A stretch of 64,000 nt of DNA from an uncultured Candidatus Saccharibacteria bacterium (GCA_964354935.1 CAYHBT010000001.1:10751-74750); one strand, 5' to 3'. Shown: positions 35,384 through 45,766, counted from the stretch's first letter. Numbers and translations: made by a program. Notes: generated from the sequence alone by a model not told the origin.

Positions 35384-36343
35384 CTATTTAAAATTCCTAA
35401 TACTTTTTAAATTAAAAGTCTTTCCAAATATTTTTGTTGAAATTTTTTCTATTTCTGGGTGTTTTTTGAATAAATCAATAAATTGTTTCTTTTTGCCATT
35501 AAATTCTGGATTTTTACTTGAAATTAACTGATGCCACCTAGTGTGAGTTTTTAATTTACTCGCTTTTCCTTGATAGCGAAATTTGTCGAAAGACGAACCC
35601 CCACCAAATAAACTCATTTTTTCAAAGGAGAGCAAAGTTTTATCTAAGTGTAATTTTTGGGCGATATTTTTTTTGGTTTTTGAAGAAGAAAACCAATCAT
35701 CGTATTTTATCATAATTGTTTTATCGAAACCGTAAATTTGTTGTTTTCTTAAAACAAAATTGGCATAAATTTTCCACAATTTCAGAAATTTTACGAGATT
35801 TATTTTTCCGGATATTTTCTCTTCTCTCGTAATAGGCTTTTCATACATTATTCTGCTTGCAAGAAGATTGAAAGGATTGCGAATGATGACAATTGCGATT
35901 TTTTCTCCCACATTGTCGCTCACTTTATCTATGCAGTGATTTATTTTTTCGCAATCGGTGTGAAGATTATAGTTTTCAAAATTCAGAATTACATTTTTAA
36001 ATGTAGAGTATTTTTTAAATACGTTTTTTACTTCAGGAATCCAATTATTTTTTCTAAAATAGACCAATCTTTGAATAGGTCCTTCTGTAGATGCAAAAAA
36101 AGTGGCGATACGTTCTTTTACATTTTTAAAATTATAATATTTTCTATTATTTAAATAAAATTTTCTTCTTTTTTCTATGGGCTGATTTAAGGGAGAGTCA
36201 TTGAAAAAAGCCTTATTCTTTTTTAAAGATTCATATATCCAATCTGTGATTGCGTGATGTCCAGAACGAGAAATGGCAAAGACGGCAAAAACTCTGTCTA
36301 TTTTTTTTATTTTGTAGTCAATCATATACACAACCGACTTCAA
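35384..36343 (-). CDS. hypothetical protein, possibly sulfotransferase-like (P-loop-like SRSGHHAITDW and RNPFNLLASR motifs). AT-rich gene.
   Basis: Weak motif resemblance only. Confidence 0.3.
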   Translation of the reverse strand: MKSVVYMIDYKIKKIDRVFAVFAISRSGHHAITDWIYESLKKNKAFFNDSPLNQPIEKRRKFYLNNRKYYNFKNVKERIATFFASTEGPIQRLVYFRKNNWIPEVKNVFKKYSTFKNVILNFENYNLHTDCEKINHCIDKVSDNVGEKIAIVIIRNPFNLLASRIMYEKPITREEKISGKINLVKFLKLWKIYANFVLRKQQIYGFDKTIMIKYDDWFSSSKTKKNIAQKLHLDKTLLSFEKMSLFGGGSSFDKFRYQGKASKLKTHTRWHQLISSKNPEFNGKKKQFIDLFKKHPEIEKISTKIFGKTFNLKSIRNFK

Positions 36344-36363
36344 AAACTGAAACTGGTTGTTTT

Positions 36364-37548
36364 TTACTTTTTACGTCTTAAAAATGCTGGAACAGCGCTC
36401 CAATCATCTCCGTCATCTTCGATGATTTCTTCTTTTATTTCTTTCTTTTCTATTTTCTTAATGAAATCATTATTGCTGATGGTTCCGCCTTGAATAGTAT
36501 TGTGAATTCCTCTTTTGATTACGGCTGGACTTTCATCTTTGACGAGTGGGCCGGAAGCGCTTGCTCCACTAAAAAGATTCTTGCGAGGCATATCGGCAGG
36601 GAAGTTGGTAGCAATGACAGTTACTTTGAGTTCGCCTTTTTTCAAATTCTCGTCCAAGATTGTGCCGAAGATCACCTTTGCGTCCTTGTCGATGGATTCG
36701 GTGATTACTTTTGCGGCTTCCTGAATTTCGTGAATCGTCAAATCATCTCCGCCGGAAATTGCAAAGAGTACTCCTTTGGCGCCGTGAATAGATATTTCCA
36801 AAAGGGGAGAATTGATTGCAGCGACGGCAGCTTTTTCCGCGCGATTCTCTCCAGAAGAGGTTCCGATACCCATCAGCGCGCTACCAGCGTCTTTCATCAC
36901 GGCTTTGATATCGGCAAAGTCGACATTGATTATACCGGGGGTGGTGATAAGGTCGGAAATGCCTTCTACTGCTTGACGCAATACATTGTCGGCGCTAGAA
37001 AAAGCATCTTTGAAATTAGTATTTTTATCAGAAAGTTGAAGCAATTTGTCGTTTGGAATAACGATGATTGCGTCCACTTCTTTAGATAATTCTTCAATTC
37101 CTTTTTCTGCAATTTTCATTCGGTGATTGCCTTCAAAGAAGAAAGGTTTGGTCGTGACGGCGACGGTCAGGATTCCTTGCTCTTTCGCCGCGCGGGCGAC
37201 AATCGGTGCGGCGCCGGTGCCGGTGCCTCCGCCCATTCCGCAAGCAATGAAAATCATATCCGCTCCCTTGATGACATCTTGAATTTCTGATTTTGTCTCT
37301 TCGGCGGCCTTTCTGCCGACTTCCGGATCCATTCCCGCTCCGAGACCTTTCGTCAAATTTTTTCCAATGTGAATTTTTTTATCAGCCAATGAGTGGTGCA
37401 GGTCTTGCGTATCGGTATTCATACAAATAAAGGAAACTCCTTTGACTTTGGAATTGATCATATGGTTCACGGCATTTTTTCCAGATCCACCGACTCCGAT
37501 GACCATAATTCGAGCGAAACTCTCTATTGCTTGATTTACTTTTGGCAT
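36364..37548 (-). CDS. ftsZ: cell division protein FtsZ
   Basis: [13 protein letters not shown] tubulin signature. [15 protein letters not shown]. Confidence 0.95.
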   Translation of the reverse strand: MPKVNQAIESFARIMVIGVGGSGKNAVNHMINSKVKGVSFICMNTDTQDLHHSLADKKIHIGKNLTKGLGAGMDPEVGRKAAEETKSEIQDVIKGADMIFIACGMGGGTGTGAAPIVARAAKEQGILTVAVTTKPFFFEGNHRMKIAEKGIEELSKEVDAIIVIPNDKLLQLSDKNTNFKDAFSSADNVLRQAVEGISDLITTPGIINVDFADIKAVMKDAGSALMGIGTSSGENRAEKAAVAAINSPLLEISIHGAKGVLFAISGGDDLTIHEIQEAAKVITESIDKDAKVIFGTILDENLKKGELKVTVIATNFPADMPRKNLFSGASASGPLVKDESPAVIKRGIHNTIQGGTISNNDFIKKIEKKEIKEEIIEDDGDDWSAVPAFLRRKK

Positions 37549-37664
37549 AATTTTAGTTTTTATTGATAATTAAGGTGTATGAAAGCATACTAGCACTGAA
37601 CCTAAAAAAAGCAAATTTCCTTGCTTTTCTAGAACCTAGCCCCTAGAACCTAAAACCTAATTCT

Positions 37665-38828
37665 TTAAGGCATTAGTTGTCTTACACTTGATTTTATTGA
37701 ATTTTTTATGTCCTTAAAAAGATTTCTGAACGAGCCTTCCGAGTAACCATTGTTGTCTCTACCCGTTATCACCAGACCGAGAGCGGTAAACCACGCAGAG
37801 TCGCGGAGTTTGGTTTTAGTGGTGCCAAAGATTTCTGTCGTGCCGAGGCTGGCAGGAAGTTTGAGTGTTGATTTTGAAAGTTCCACGAGTCCTTCAGTGT
37901 TTGCTCCTCCTCCGGTAAACACAATACCCGCAGGCAAGAGCTCAGATCTCTTAATTTTCTTTAGATGATTATCTATCAACTCAAAAATATCCGAGAGACG
38001 CGCTTCAATAATTTCGTCTAATTTTTTCTTGGAAAAATCCTCAAAAATTTCTCCCTGCTTAAAGTTTTCCGCCTTATTGAGAGGGATTTTGAATCCGAGC
38101 GCAATGTCGTTGGTGATGTCGGCAGAGCCGATTGAAAAAGTGTGGATTGATATTGGTAAATTATTTTCAAAAACAGCCAAAGAAGTTTTTTGTGATCCGA
38201 TGTCTACTAGCGCCACTCCGACTATTTTTTGTTTTTGATCAAGCGCAATCTGGCTCAAAGCAATTGGAGAAGCGATGACATCAATCGTTTCGATTCCGGA
38301 TTCGGCTAAGACACTTATTAATTCATCTAGATGCTGAATGGAGTAAGTCACAAAAAGCCCTCTTACTTCGAGTTTGGTTCCGCGCATGCCTTCAGGTCGG
38401 CCTAGCACTTCTTTGCCGTCTAGTCGGAAAGAAATAGGAAAAGTCTGAATTATTTTTTTGTTAGTTAAATTTAAATTTTCCTCACAATCCTGCAGAGCTT
38501 TGCCGATGTCGAGTCCGGTCACTTCGCCGTCTGCCTTGGATACAATCGCTGTGCCGGTAGTTGTTTCTCCACGCAGAGAGATTCCTCCGACTGAAACAAA
38601 AGCGCGTTTTATTTTTATTGTTGAAGTTTTCTCTGCAGTCTCTACGGCAGTTTTTATTGAAACAAGAAGCAGAGCAGGGTCGACGACAAATCCGTGGCGC
38701 ATACCGAGCGTTTCACTCTCGCCGATGCCGATAATTTTAGGATTTTTTTCTCCTTTTAGAAACTCTCCCACCACGACTCTCGTCGAGGTGGAGCCAACGT
38801 CTATTCCGACTGAAATATTTCGTATCAT
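37665..38828 (-). CDS. ftsA: cell division protein FtsA
   Basis: Actin-like ATPase motifs VGIDVGSTSTRVVVGE and GGGANTEGL. Confidence 0.9.
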   Translation of the reverse strand: MIRNISVGIDVGSTSTRVVVGEFLKGEKNPKIIGIGESETLGMRHGFVVDPALLLVSIKTAVETAEKTSTIKIKRAFVSVGGISLRGETTTGTAIVSKADGEVTGLDIGKALQDCEENLNLTNKKIIQTFPISFRLDGKEVLGRPEGMRGTKLEVRGLFVTYSIQHLDELISVLAESGIETIDVIASPIALSQIALDQKQKIVGVALVDIGSQKTSLAVFENNLPISIHTFSIGSADITNDIALGFKIPLNKAENFKQGEIFEDFSKKKLDEIIEARLSDIFELIDNHLKKIKRSELLPAGIVFTGGGANTEGLVELSKSTLKLPASLGTTEIFGTTKTKLRDSAWFTALGLVITGRDNNGYSEGSFRNLFKDIKNSIKSSVRQLMP

Positions 38829-39189
38829 ATTTTTTTTCCGCTCTCTCCATTGTACTACTATGTTCGAGACCTTTCAAATGCAACATTCCGTGGATAACTA
38901 AGAATCCCAAGAACTGTTCGAAATTTTTGGAAAAATTCTTCGCTTCTCTTTTAATAACTGCGGGGCATAAAATTAGCTCCCCTTTATTTTTAAGCAAAGC
39001 AAAAGACAAGACATTGGTGGATTTATCTTTGTTGCGATATTTTTTATTTATCTCACGAGATTGCTTTTCATTCACAAAAGCAATCGAGAGAGAATATTTC
39101 TTTCCTAAAATATCATTCTTAATCTCAACAAAAGGCAGGCTTGGAAGCTTGCCTTTTGTTTTATTTATTAGAGAAAAATCTTCTTCCAT
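38737..39189 (-). CDS. ybeY: rRNA maturation endoribonuclease YbeY
   Basis: HGMLHLKGLEH zinc-binding motif. Its C-terminal tail overlaps the start of ftsA. Confidence 0.8.
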   Translation of the reverse strand: MEEDFSLINKTKGKLPSLPFVEIKNDILGKKYSLSIAFVNEKQSREINKKYRNKDKSTNVLSFALLKNKGELILCPAVIKREAKNFSKNFEQFLGFLVIHGMLHLKGLEHSSTMERAEKKYDTKYFSRNRRWLHLDESRGGRVSKRRKKS

Positions 39190-39195
39190 ATCGGA

Positions 39196-39435
39196 CTACT
39201 TGGTTTTGACGACCATTTTGCCGAGCTTTTTCAGATGTTCTATTTCTTTTCGGCGAGCCATTCTCTTGAGCGCGCTTTTCTTCATCTTGAGTTTGGACTC
39301 TTTTCGGACATTATAGCGGGCGCCTTTTACCTTGCGAATGATGCCGGATTCTTGAATTCTGCGTGAAAAACGACGCAAAATGCTCGAATTGTTTTCGTTT
39401 GGGTTTTTCTTCACTTCAATGACTGTGTTTGCCAT
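39196..39435 (-). CDS. rpsU: 30S ribosomal protein S21
   Basis: LRRFSRRIQESGI...KMKKSALKRMARRKE follows the bS21 pattern. Confidence 0.7.
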   Translation of the reverse strand: MANTVIEVKKNPNENNSSILRRFSRRIQESGIIRKVKGARYNVRKESKLKMKKSALKRMARRKEIEHLKKLGKMVVKTK

Positions 39436-39511
39436 ATCGCTAGATTATCACATAAATAGAATTTTGCAAAGTTTCATTGACTTTAGTCTCTAAAAAGGAT
39501 AAATTTAAAAT

Positions 39512-39988
39512 ATGAAAAGCGTAAATCAGACTGGTGACTATATAACTGAAGAAAAAAGACGCGAATTAGAAAACGAGCTCGCGGATTTGAAGGGACCAAA
39601 AAGAAAAGAAATTTTGGTGAATTTAGAGTATGCAAAATCCCTCGGCGATTTGTCGGAAAATGCCGAATATCATCAAACTCGCGAAGATCAAGGCAAGCTC
39701 GAAGAGCGTATTGCCAAAGTCGAGCAAATTTTGCAATCCTCAGAGACTTTCAAGAGACACGGCGGAGATGTAGTTTGTGTCGGTTCTAAAGTCGTCGTCC
39801 AAAAAGAAGGCAAACAAGAAGATATAATATATACTATAGTGGGGTCTGAGGAAGCAGATATGGCAAAAGGGAAAATTTCCAACAAGTCTCCTTTTGGAAT
39901 AGTGCTCTTGGGTAAAAAGAAGGGCGAAAATGTTTCTTTAAAGACCCCGAACGGAGTGGTAAAATATAAAATAATTAGTGTGTCTTAA
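39512..39988 (+). CDS. greA: transcription elongation factor GreA
   Basis: LGDLSENAEYHQTREDQ coiled-coil motif. C-terminal FKBP-like domain. Confidence 0.9.
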   Translation: MKSVNQTGDYITEEKRRELENELADLKGPKRKEILVNLEYAKSLGDLSENAEYHQTREDQGKLEERIAKVEQILQSSETFKRHGGDVVCVGSKVVVQKEGKQEDIIYTIVGSEEADMAKGKISNKSPFGIVLLGKKKGENVSLKTPNGVVKYKIISVS

Positions 39989-40010
39989 CTGAAGCTAGTA
40001 AATTAAATAA

Positions 40011-41504
40011 ATGTCTTCAATTGATGAAATTAGAGATGCCAGAATAAAAAAGCTCGAACTCTTGCGAAGCAAGGGTTCGAACCCGTATCCGGCGGATTCA
40101 AAAAGGGAGCTTTCTTTGAAGGAAGCGATAGAAAATTTCGATAAACTAGAAAAAGAAAAAAATACAAAATGGATTGCCGGCAGGATAATGTCTATCCGCG
40201 GGCAGGGAGCTATTGTCTTTGTGACATTAAATGATGGCACAGCGCTTTTCCAAGGTTTACTAAAAAAAGATATTCTAGGTGAAGATAAGTTAAATTTTTT
40301 TAGTGAAGTGGTAGACATCGGAGACTTCGTAGAAATTCAAGGTACTTTTTTTGCCACCAAGAGAGGGGAGAAGACGCTCGAAGCGAAAGATTGGCGAATG
40401 CTTTCCAAAAGCTTGCGACCGCTTCCAGAAAAATGGCACGGTTTGCAGGATGTGGAAGAAAGATTCCGAAAAAGATATTTGGATATTTTGATGAATCCGG
40501 AGCTCAAAGAGCTTTTTGAAAAGAAGGCAAAGTTTTGGAATACTATCCGCGAATATTTAATTTCTAAAAATTTTCTAGAAGTGGAGACTCCAGTGCTAGA
40601 AAATACCACAGGCGGAGCCGATGCTCGTCCGTTTATCACTCATCACAATGCTCTTGATATTGATGTGTATATGAGAATTTCCGCTGGGGAATTATGGCAA
40701 AAAAAGTTGTTAGTTGCTGGTTTTCCGAGAACATTTGAAATTGGGCGTATTTTTAGAAACGAAGGAATTTCACCGGAGCACCTGCAGGATTACACTCAGC
40801 TTGAATACTATATGGCGTATGCGGATTATGAGACGGGTATGGAAATGACCAAAGAATTATATCGATTAATTGCAGAAAAAGTTTTCGGCACAACCAAATT
40901 TAAAATAAAAGGGTTCGATATCGATTTGAATAAAGAATGGGAAATTTACGACTTCAGTAAATTAATCGAAGAAAAATTCGGCATCAATCCGGTTACAGAA
41001 ATTTATTCTAAAACAGGCAAGATGGTAGAAGAAAAAGATTTAAAAGAAATTTGTAAAAAAGCCGGTATCGAATATGAAAGTGCGGAATTTAATATCACTC
41101 GTACTATAGATAATCTTTGGAAAGTTTTAAGAAAAGAAATAGGAGGTCCGGGGTTCTTGATTAATGTTCCAGTATCACTCGAACCGCTAGCTAAGAGAAA
41201 TAGGAATAATCCAAACACAGTCGAAAGATTTCAAGTCATTCTCGCTGGCAGTGAAATGGGCAAGGGTTTCAGCGAGCTCAATGATCCAGTCGATCAGCGT
41301 GGGAGATTTATGGAACAGCAAGCTTTGCGCGACGCTGGAGATGATGAAGCGCAAATGGCAGATATGGAATTTGTGGAAGCGCTCGAATACGCGATGCCTC
41401 CGGCGTTCGGCTTCGGTCTTTCCGAAAGACTTTTTAGTTTTCTAATGGACAAACCAGTTCGCGAGACACAGCTTTTTCCTTTAATGAGGCTAAAAGAAGA
41501 ATAA
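40011..41504 (+). CDS. lysS: lysyl-tRNA synthetase (class II)
   Basis: FLEVETPVL (motif 1), FRNEGISPEHLQDYT (motif 2), and a C-terminal motif 3. Confidence 0.9.
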   Translation: MSSIDEIRDARIKKLELLRSKGSNPYPADSKRELSLKEAIENFDKLEKEKNTKWIAGRIMSIRGQGAIVFVTLNDGTALFQGLLKKDILGEDKLNFFSEVVDIGDFVEIQGTFFATKRGEKTLEAKDWRMLSKSLRPLPEKWHGLQDVEERFRKRYLDILMNPELKELFEKKAKFWNTIREYLISKNFLEVETPVLENTTGGADARPFITHHNALDIDVYMRISAGELWQKKLLVAGFPRTFEIGRIFRNEGISPEHLQDYTQLEYYMAYADYETGMEMTKELYRLIAEKVFGTTKFKIKGFDIDLNKEWEIYDFSKLIEEKFGINPVTEIYSKTGKMVEEKDLKEICKKAGIEYESAEFNITRTIDNLWKVLRKEIGGPGFLINVPVSLEPLAKRNRNNPNTVERFQVILAGSEMGKGFSELNDPVDQRGRFMEQQALRDAGDDEAQMADMEFVEALEYAMPPAFGFGLSERLFSFLMDKPVRETQLFPLMRLKEE

Positions 41505-41721
41505 GAAACAAACTTGCCTAAGTCGGACTTCGGCAGTCTGTATAAATGAAAAACTCCGGAATCAAAGATTCTCGGAGCATCTTGGTGGGCGCTTTTTGCA
41601 CCCGATTTTGGAGCACTACCTCCCTCTCACTTAGACCCGCGTAATTGCTACTGTCTTTGTGAGAGGGAGGCCGATCAATATACGCCAGAGACATTATCTC
41701 ACAAAATATAATTTAAGTAAA

Positions 41722-41754
41722 TAAAAAAACCCGAGGGTACCATGTGGTCCTCGG
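41722..41754 (-). terminator. intrinsic-terminator-like hairpin cccgagg..cctcggg. The T-tract is on the minus strand, so it may be bidirectional.
   Basis: A-run on the plus strand before the stem. Confidence 0.4.
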
Positions 41755-41928
41755 GCTCAACCGGATGGCAGATTTATTTGCCGAACTGGTTTCGATCTTG
41801 CCCACGAGCTCGGGAGAGGGTTGCGGGTCGGAGGTGGGGAAATCCCGCAACCACCTTTTTCCCGATGGGTCTGCTCGTGGGCAAAATCTATAATACTTAA
41901 AGTTTTTAATTTGTCAAATTTATGACTA

Positions 41929-41965
41929 TTTTGAACATATGTAAAAGATAGTAAGATAAAAATTA
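41929..41965 (-). promoter_or_regulatory. conserved about 30-nt palindromic motif (cttacTATCTTTTACATATGTTCAAaatagtcataa on the minus strand), copy 3, about 250 nt upstream of mraZ
   Basis: Same motif as at 55882..55919 and 56541..56575. Core ACATATGT palindrome. Confidence 0.5.
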
Positions 41966-42208
41966 TTTATAAATAAAAACGCTCCTGAGGTGTTAGCCTA
42001 GGAGCGAAATTGGTGGCGCATCGCGCCGATTTAGTTTGGAAGAATTACCCCCTGCTAGCTCTTGTGTCACACTCGCGGTGCGAATTAACAAGAAACCAAC
42101 AGGGGGGGTCAACCAAACCGCCATATTCCTATGGCGAGAAAAGTATAAAACTTAAAGACACCAAAGTCACTAAAGTTATCCACAGGGTAGCTTTGTATTT
42201 CGCTTGTT

Positions 42209-42712
42209 TTGTTTTATGGGTGGAGTACAATATATATGAAGTGGGAAAAAGTGGGAAATAATAATTTTATGCTAATCGGAGAATACATACACACAATCGA
42301 TGAGAAGAGTAGAATTTCTTTGCCGGTAAAATTTCGCAAAGAGATGGGCAGAAAAATCATTATTACTCCAGGGCTTGGTCAGTGTTTGTTTATCTTTACA
42401 AACAAAGAATGGGAAAAAGTGAGCAAGAGGCTTTCTAGTTCAGATTCAGATCTTTCGTTTCTTAAAGCTGATCAAAGAAATTTCAATCGATATATGTTTG
42501 GACGAGCGGCAGAAGTAGAAATTGATTCAATAGGTAGAATGCTAATTCCTGAATATTTACAGACAAGAATTGGTTTGAAAAATTCGGCGGCGATTATCGG
42601 AGTCAAAGACAGAGTGGAAATTTGGAATGAGAAGATGTGGTCGGAGCAGAAAGCAATCGTCGAAAAGCAAGCGGAAGAATTAGCGGAAAAGCTTGGAAAC
42701 GAAGAGAAATAA
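42209..42712 (+). CDS. mraZ: transcriptional regulator MraZ (likely true start MLIGEY at 42269)
   Basis: Tandem MraZ repeats: GEYIHTIDEKSRISLP and GRAAEVEIDSIGRMLIP. Confidence 0.85.
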   Translation: MFYGWSTIYMKWEKVGNNNFMLIGEYIHTIDEKSRISLPVKFRKEMGRKIIITPGLGQCLFIFTNKEWEKVSKRLSSSDSDLSFLKADQRNFNRYMFGRAAEVEIDSIGRMLIPEYLQTRIGLKNSAAIIGVKDRVEIWNEKMWSEQKAIVEKQAEELAEKLGNEEK

Positions 42713-43613
42713 GATGAGCGTACACAAGACAGTTCTTTTAAATGAAGCTATAGAAGGTTTAAACCTAAAAGCAAAATCAACCGTATTGGACGGCACATTT
42801 GGCGGCGGTGGGCACAGCTTAGAGATTTGTCGCAGATTTCCTGATGTAAAAATAATCGCCCTTGACCAAGACAAGAATGTTTTTGTGCGGGAAGATAAAT
42901 TCAAAAGTTGCAACATTTCTTTTGTTAATGAAAATTTTAGGAATATAGATAAAGTTTTGTCCGCCCAAGGCGGACTCACCTCGGGCGAGGAGAAAATAGA
43001 TGGAATCATTTTTGATTTAGGTTTGAGTTCTGATCAGTTGGAAAGTTCCGGACGAGGATTTTCTTTTATGCGAGATGAGCCGCTCATAATGACGATGAAA
43101 GAAAATCCTCTTCCGGAAGATATCACAGCTTTTGAGGTTGTGAATACTTGGGCAGAGGAAAGTTTGGCTGATATTATTTATGGTTACGGTGAAGAAAAGC
43201 AGGCTCGACCGATTGCTAAATCGATAGTGGAGTTTAGAAAGAAAAGAGAGATTAAAACCACTTTTGATTTAGTCAAAATAATCGAGCAAGCGATTCCTGC
43301 CAGATTTCGAAGGGGAAGAATCCACTGCGCGACCAAAACTTTTCAAGCAATCAGAATCGCGGTGAATGATGAATTGGGCGCATTATCTGAAGGGCTATCC
43401 AAAGGATTTCAGGCATTAAAGGTGGGAGGCAGAATGTCAGTGATAACATTTCATAGTTTGGAGGATCGGATAGTCAAGAGATTTTTTAAAAAACAAGCAG
43501 AAGAAAAGATGGTCTTATTAATAAATAAAAAACCAATCACCGCAAGCATTGAAGAAATTAAAAATAATCCGAGGGCTAGAAGCGCAAAGTTAAGAATTTT
43601 AGAAAAAAAATAA
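42693..43613 (+). CDS. rsmH: 16S rRNA (cytosine1402-N4)-methyltransferase RsmH (likely start MSVHKTV at 42717)
   Basis: VLDGTFGGGGHS SAM-binding motif. Confidence 0.9.
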   Translation: METKRNKMSVHKTVLLNEAIEGLNLKAKSTVLDGTFGGGGHSLEICRRFPDVKIIALDQDKNVFVREDKFKSCNISFVNENFRNIDKVLSAQGGLTSGEEKIDGIIFDLGLSSDQLESSGRGFSFMRDEPLIMTMKENPLPEDITAFEVVNTWAEESLADIIYGYGEEKQARPIAKSIVEFRKKREIKTTFDLVKIIEQAIPARFRRGRIHCATKTFQAIRIAVNDELGALSEGLSKGFQALKVGGRMSVITFHSLEDRIVKRFFKKQAEEKMVLLINKKPITASIEEIKNNPRARSAKLRILEKK

Positions 43614-43617
43614 AAAT

Positions 43618-44013
43618 ATGAAGCAAATAAGTTCAAAATTAAATATGTATGTAAGCAGTGTCGGTATTGTAAACAACAATATCGAAAAGCTTGCCTTAAA
43701 ACTCATCACATGGTCTTTTGGGGCGTTTGCGCTTCTCTATATTTTATTTTTAGGAAATATGGTTATAAATATTGTCGAACGCCGAAGTTTTGAGACTGAA
43801 GCACGCTCACTTTCAAGTGAAGTTGGCGATTTAGAGCTCATTTATTTATCAATGTCCAAAGATATCGATCTCACTTTGTCGTATTCTATGGGATTTAAAG
43901 AAACCAAAACAACATTTGCCAACCGTAAATCTCTCAGTTCTGCCGGTTTCAATTCTGTGTCTCCTGTTGATGAAATATTTGAAAGCGTAAAAGCAACTCA
44001 AAATGGCATCTAG
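43618..44013 (+). CDS. ftsL: FtsL-like cell division membrane protein
   Basis: Single TM helix. Sits between rsmH and ftsI in the dcw cluster. Confidence 0.5.
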   Translation: MKQISSKLNMYVSSVGIVNNNIEKLALKLITWSFGAFALLYILFLGNMVINIVERRSFETEARSLSSEVGDLELIYLSMSKDIDLTLSYSMGFKETKTTFANRKSLSSAGFNSVSPVDEIFESVKATQNGI

Positions 44014-45715
44014 TCTCATTTGGCGATCTAAAATTATTTTATTTTGCTTTATAATTTTTAGTTTGGTTTTGATATCCAAACTTTTTTTGGTGCAGGTGGT
44101 GCGTGGTAGCGATTATTCCGAATTGGCGGATCGTCAGTATTCCACTCCTTCTCCAAATATCTATGAACGCGGAACTATTTTTTTTCAAAGTAAGGACGGA
44201 CAACTCATTTCGGCTGCCACCCAGACTACCGGATTCAAAATTGCCATCAATCCAAGCAAAATTTCTGATGTGGAAAGTGTTTTTCAGAGACTTTCTAAAA
44301 TAATAAAATTAGACCAAGTCGATTTCATTTCTAAAGCTGGCAAAAAAAATGATCCATACGAAGAGATTGCCTTTCATCTTTCCAAGGAAGAGGCGGACGC
44401 GGTATCCAACTTGAAAATTTCTGGTCTGAGTATTTTTAAGGAAAAATGGCGTTTTTACCCTGGTGGATCTTTGGCTTCTCATACGCTCGGTTTGGTGGGG
44501 TATAAAGATGCCGAGCTCGGAGGACGCTACGGTCTCGAGAGATTTTACAACGACGAGCTTCTGCGCACCAACGACAATCTGTATGTAAATTTTTTTGCTG
44601 AAGTTTTTTCCGATATAAATCGCACCCTATTCAGCGGAGGAATCAAAGAAGGTGATATCGTGACGACCATTGAGCCGACTGTTCAAAATTTTTTAGAGAA
44701 AAAATTAGAAGAAGTGAAAGAAAAATATCAGGTGGATTCGATTGGCGGGATCATTATGAATCCGATTGATGGTTCGATTTATGCTATGGGCGTGAAGCCG
44801 GATTTTAATCCAAACGATTTTTCTCAAGTCAAAAAGACTTCTACCTTTTCTAACCCTTTAGTGGAGAATGTTTTAGAATTCGGCTCCGTCGTAAAACCAC
44901 TGGTGATGGCTTCCGCGCTTGATGCCGGCGTCGTCACTCCCGCTACTACCTATAACGACAAGGGATCAGTGATAGTTGAAAAAAAAGAAATTTTTAATTT
45001 TGATAAAAAAGGCAGAGGTCCGGAGACGACAATGCAGGAAGTACTCAATCAATCTCTCAATACCGGAATGGTTTTCGTGGAACAAAAACTCGGCAAAGAA
45101 AAATTTAAAGATTACTTGCTTTCATATGGCATTAAAGAAAAAACTGGAATTGATTTACCAAACGAAACTAGGGGGTTGGTAGCCAATTTAAATAGTCCGC
45201 GTGAAATAGAATATGCAAACGCTGCTTTTGGTCAAGGTATAGCTTTGACGCCTATGGAGATGATTCGAGCGCTTGCTTCACTTTCAAATGGAGGAAATTT
45301 GGTTGTGCCTCATATTGCCAAAGAAATACTCTATGAAAGCGGTGGTTCAAAAAAAATCACTTATCCTGTGACTCGCGCAAAAATAAGCAAAGAAACATCC
45401 GAGGTGATAACCGGAATGTTGGTGGAGGTGATGGATAAAGCCATTAAAAGCGGTGCGGGAAAATTAGAGCATTTTAATGTGGCAGTAAAAACCGGCACAG
45501 CGCAGGTTGCAGACAACACCACGGGGGGATACTATGAAGATAGACATACTCATTCATTTGTGGGATATTTCCCAGCTTATGATCCGAAATTTATTGTTTT
45601 TCTGTATGCAGTAAATCCAAAGGGGGTGCCGTATGCCGCGACGACTTGGTCTGATCCGTTTTTAGATATCACCAAGTTTTTATTGAATTATTATGAAATT
45701 TCACCGGACAGATAA
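44003..45715 (+). CDS. ftsI: peptidoglycan D,D-transpeptidase FtsI (class B PBP)
   Basis: SVVKP (SxxK), SLN and KTGTA motifs. N-terminal TM anchor. Confidence 0.85.
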   Translation: MASSLIWRSKIILFCFIIFSLVLISKLFLVQVVRGSDYSELADRQYSTPSPNIYERGTIFFQSKDGQLISAATQTTGFKIAINPSKISDVESVFQRLSKIIKLDQVDFISKAGKKNDPYEEIAFHLSKEEADAVSNLKISGLSIFKEKWRFYPGGSLASHTLGLVGYKDAELGGRYGLERFYNDELLRTNDNLYVNFFAEVFSDINRTLFSGGIKEGDIVTTIEPTVQNFLEKKLEEVKEKYQVDSIGGIIMNPIDGSIYAMGVKPDFNPNDFSQVKKTSTFSNPLVENVLEFGSVVKPLVMASALDAGVVTPATTYNDKGSVIVEKKEIFNFDKKGRGPETTMQEVLNQSLNTGMVFVEQKLGKEKFKDYLLSYGIKEKTGIDLPNETRGLVANLNSPREIEYANAAFGQGIALTPMEMIRALASLSNGGNLVVPHIAKEILYESGGSKKITYPVTRAKISKETSEVITGMLVEVMDKAIKSGAGKLEHFNVAVKTGTAQVADNTTGGYYEDRHTHSFVGYFPAYDPKFIVFLYAVNPKGVPYAATTWSDPFLDITKFLLNYYEISPDR

Positions 45716-45757
45716 ACAGAGCCTAAGGCACTGGCTAGCCAGTGCCTTAGGCTCTGT
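45716..45757 (+). terminator. perfect 19-bp palindrome ACAGAGCCTAAGGCACTGG..CCAGTGCCTTAGGCTCTGT after ftsI
   Basis: Same family as the palindromes at 9431 and 35045. Confidence 0.5.
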
Positions 45758-45766
45758 AAAGCAACT

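Noticed and set aside
36490-37089. 199-aa plus-strand ORF
   Set aside because: It is antisense to ftsZ and therefore spurious.
37549-37664. Short direct repeats ctagaaccta x3 upstream of ftsZ
   Set aside because: They are too short and too few to call. They are probably promoter-region low-complexity sequence.
41505-42268. Possible RNase P RNA or tmRNA in the lysS-mraZ gap
   Set aside because: I could not find the conserved blocks GGAAAGUCCGGGCUCC, GGGUGAAA..GGUAAGAGCGCACC or ACAGAACCCGGCUUA. I also found no tRNA-like 3' end or ANDENYALAA-type tag frame. The region is kept only as an unclassified structured region.
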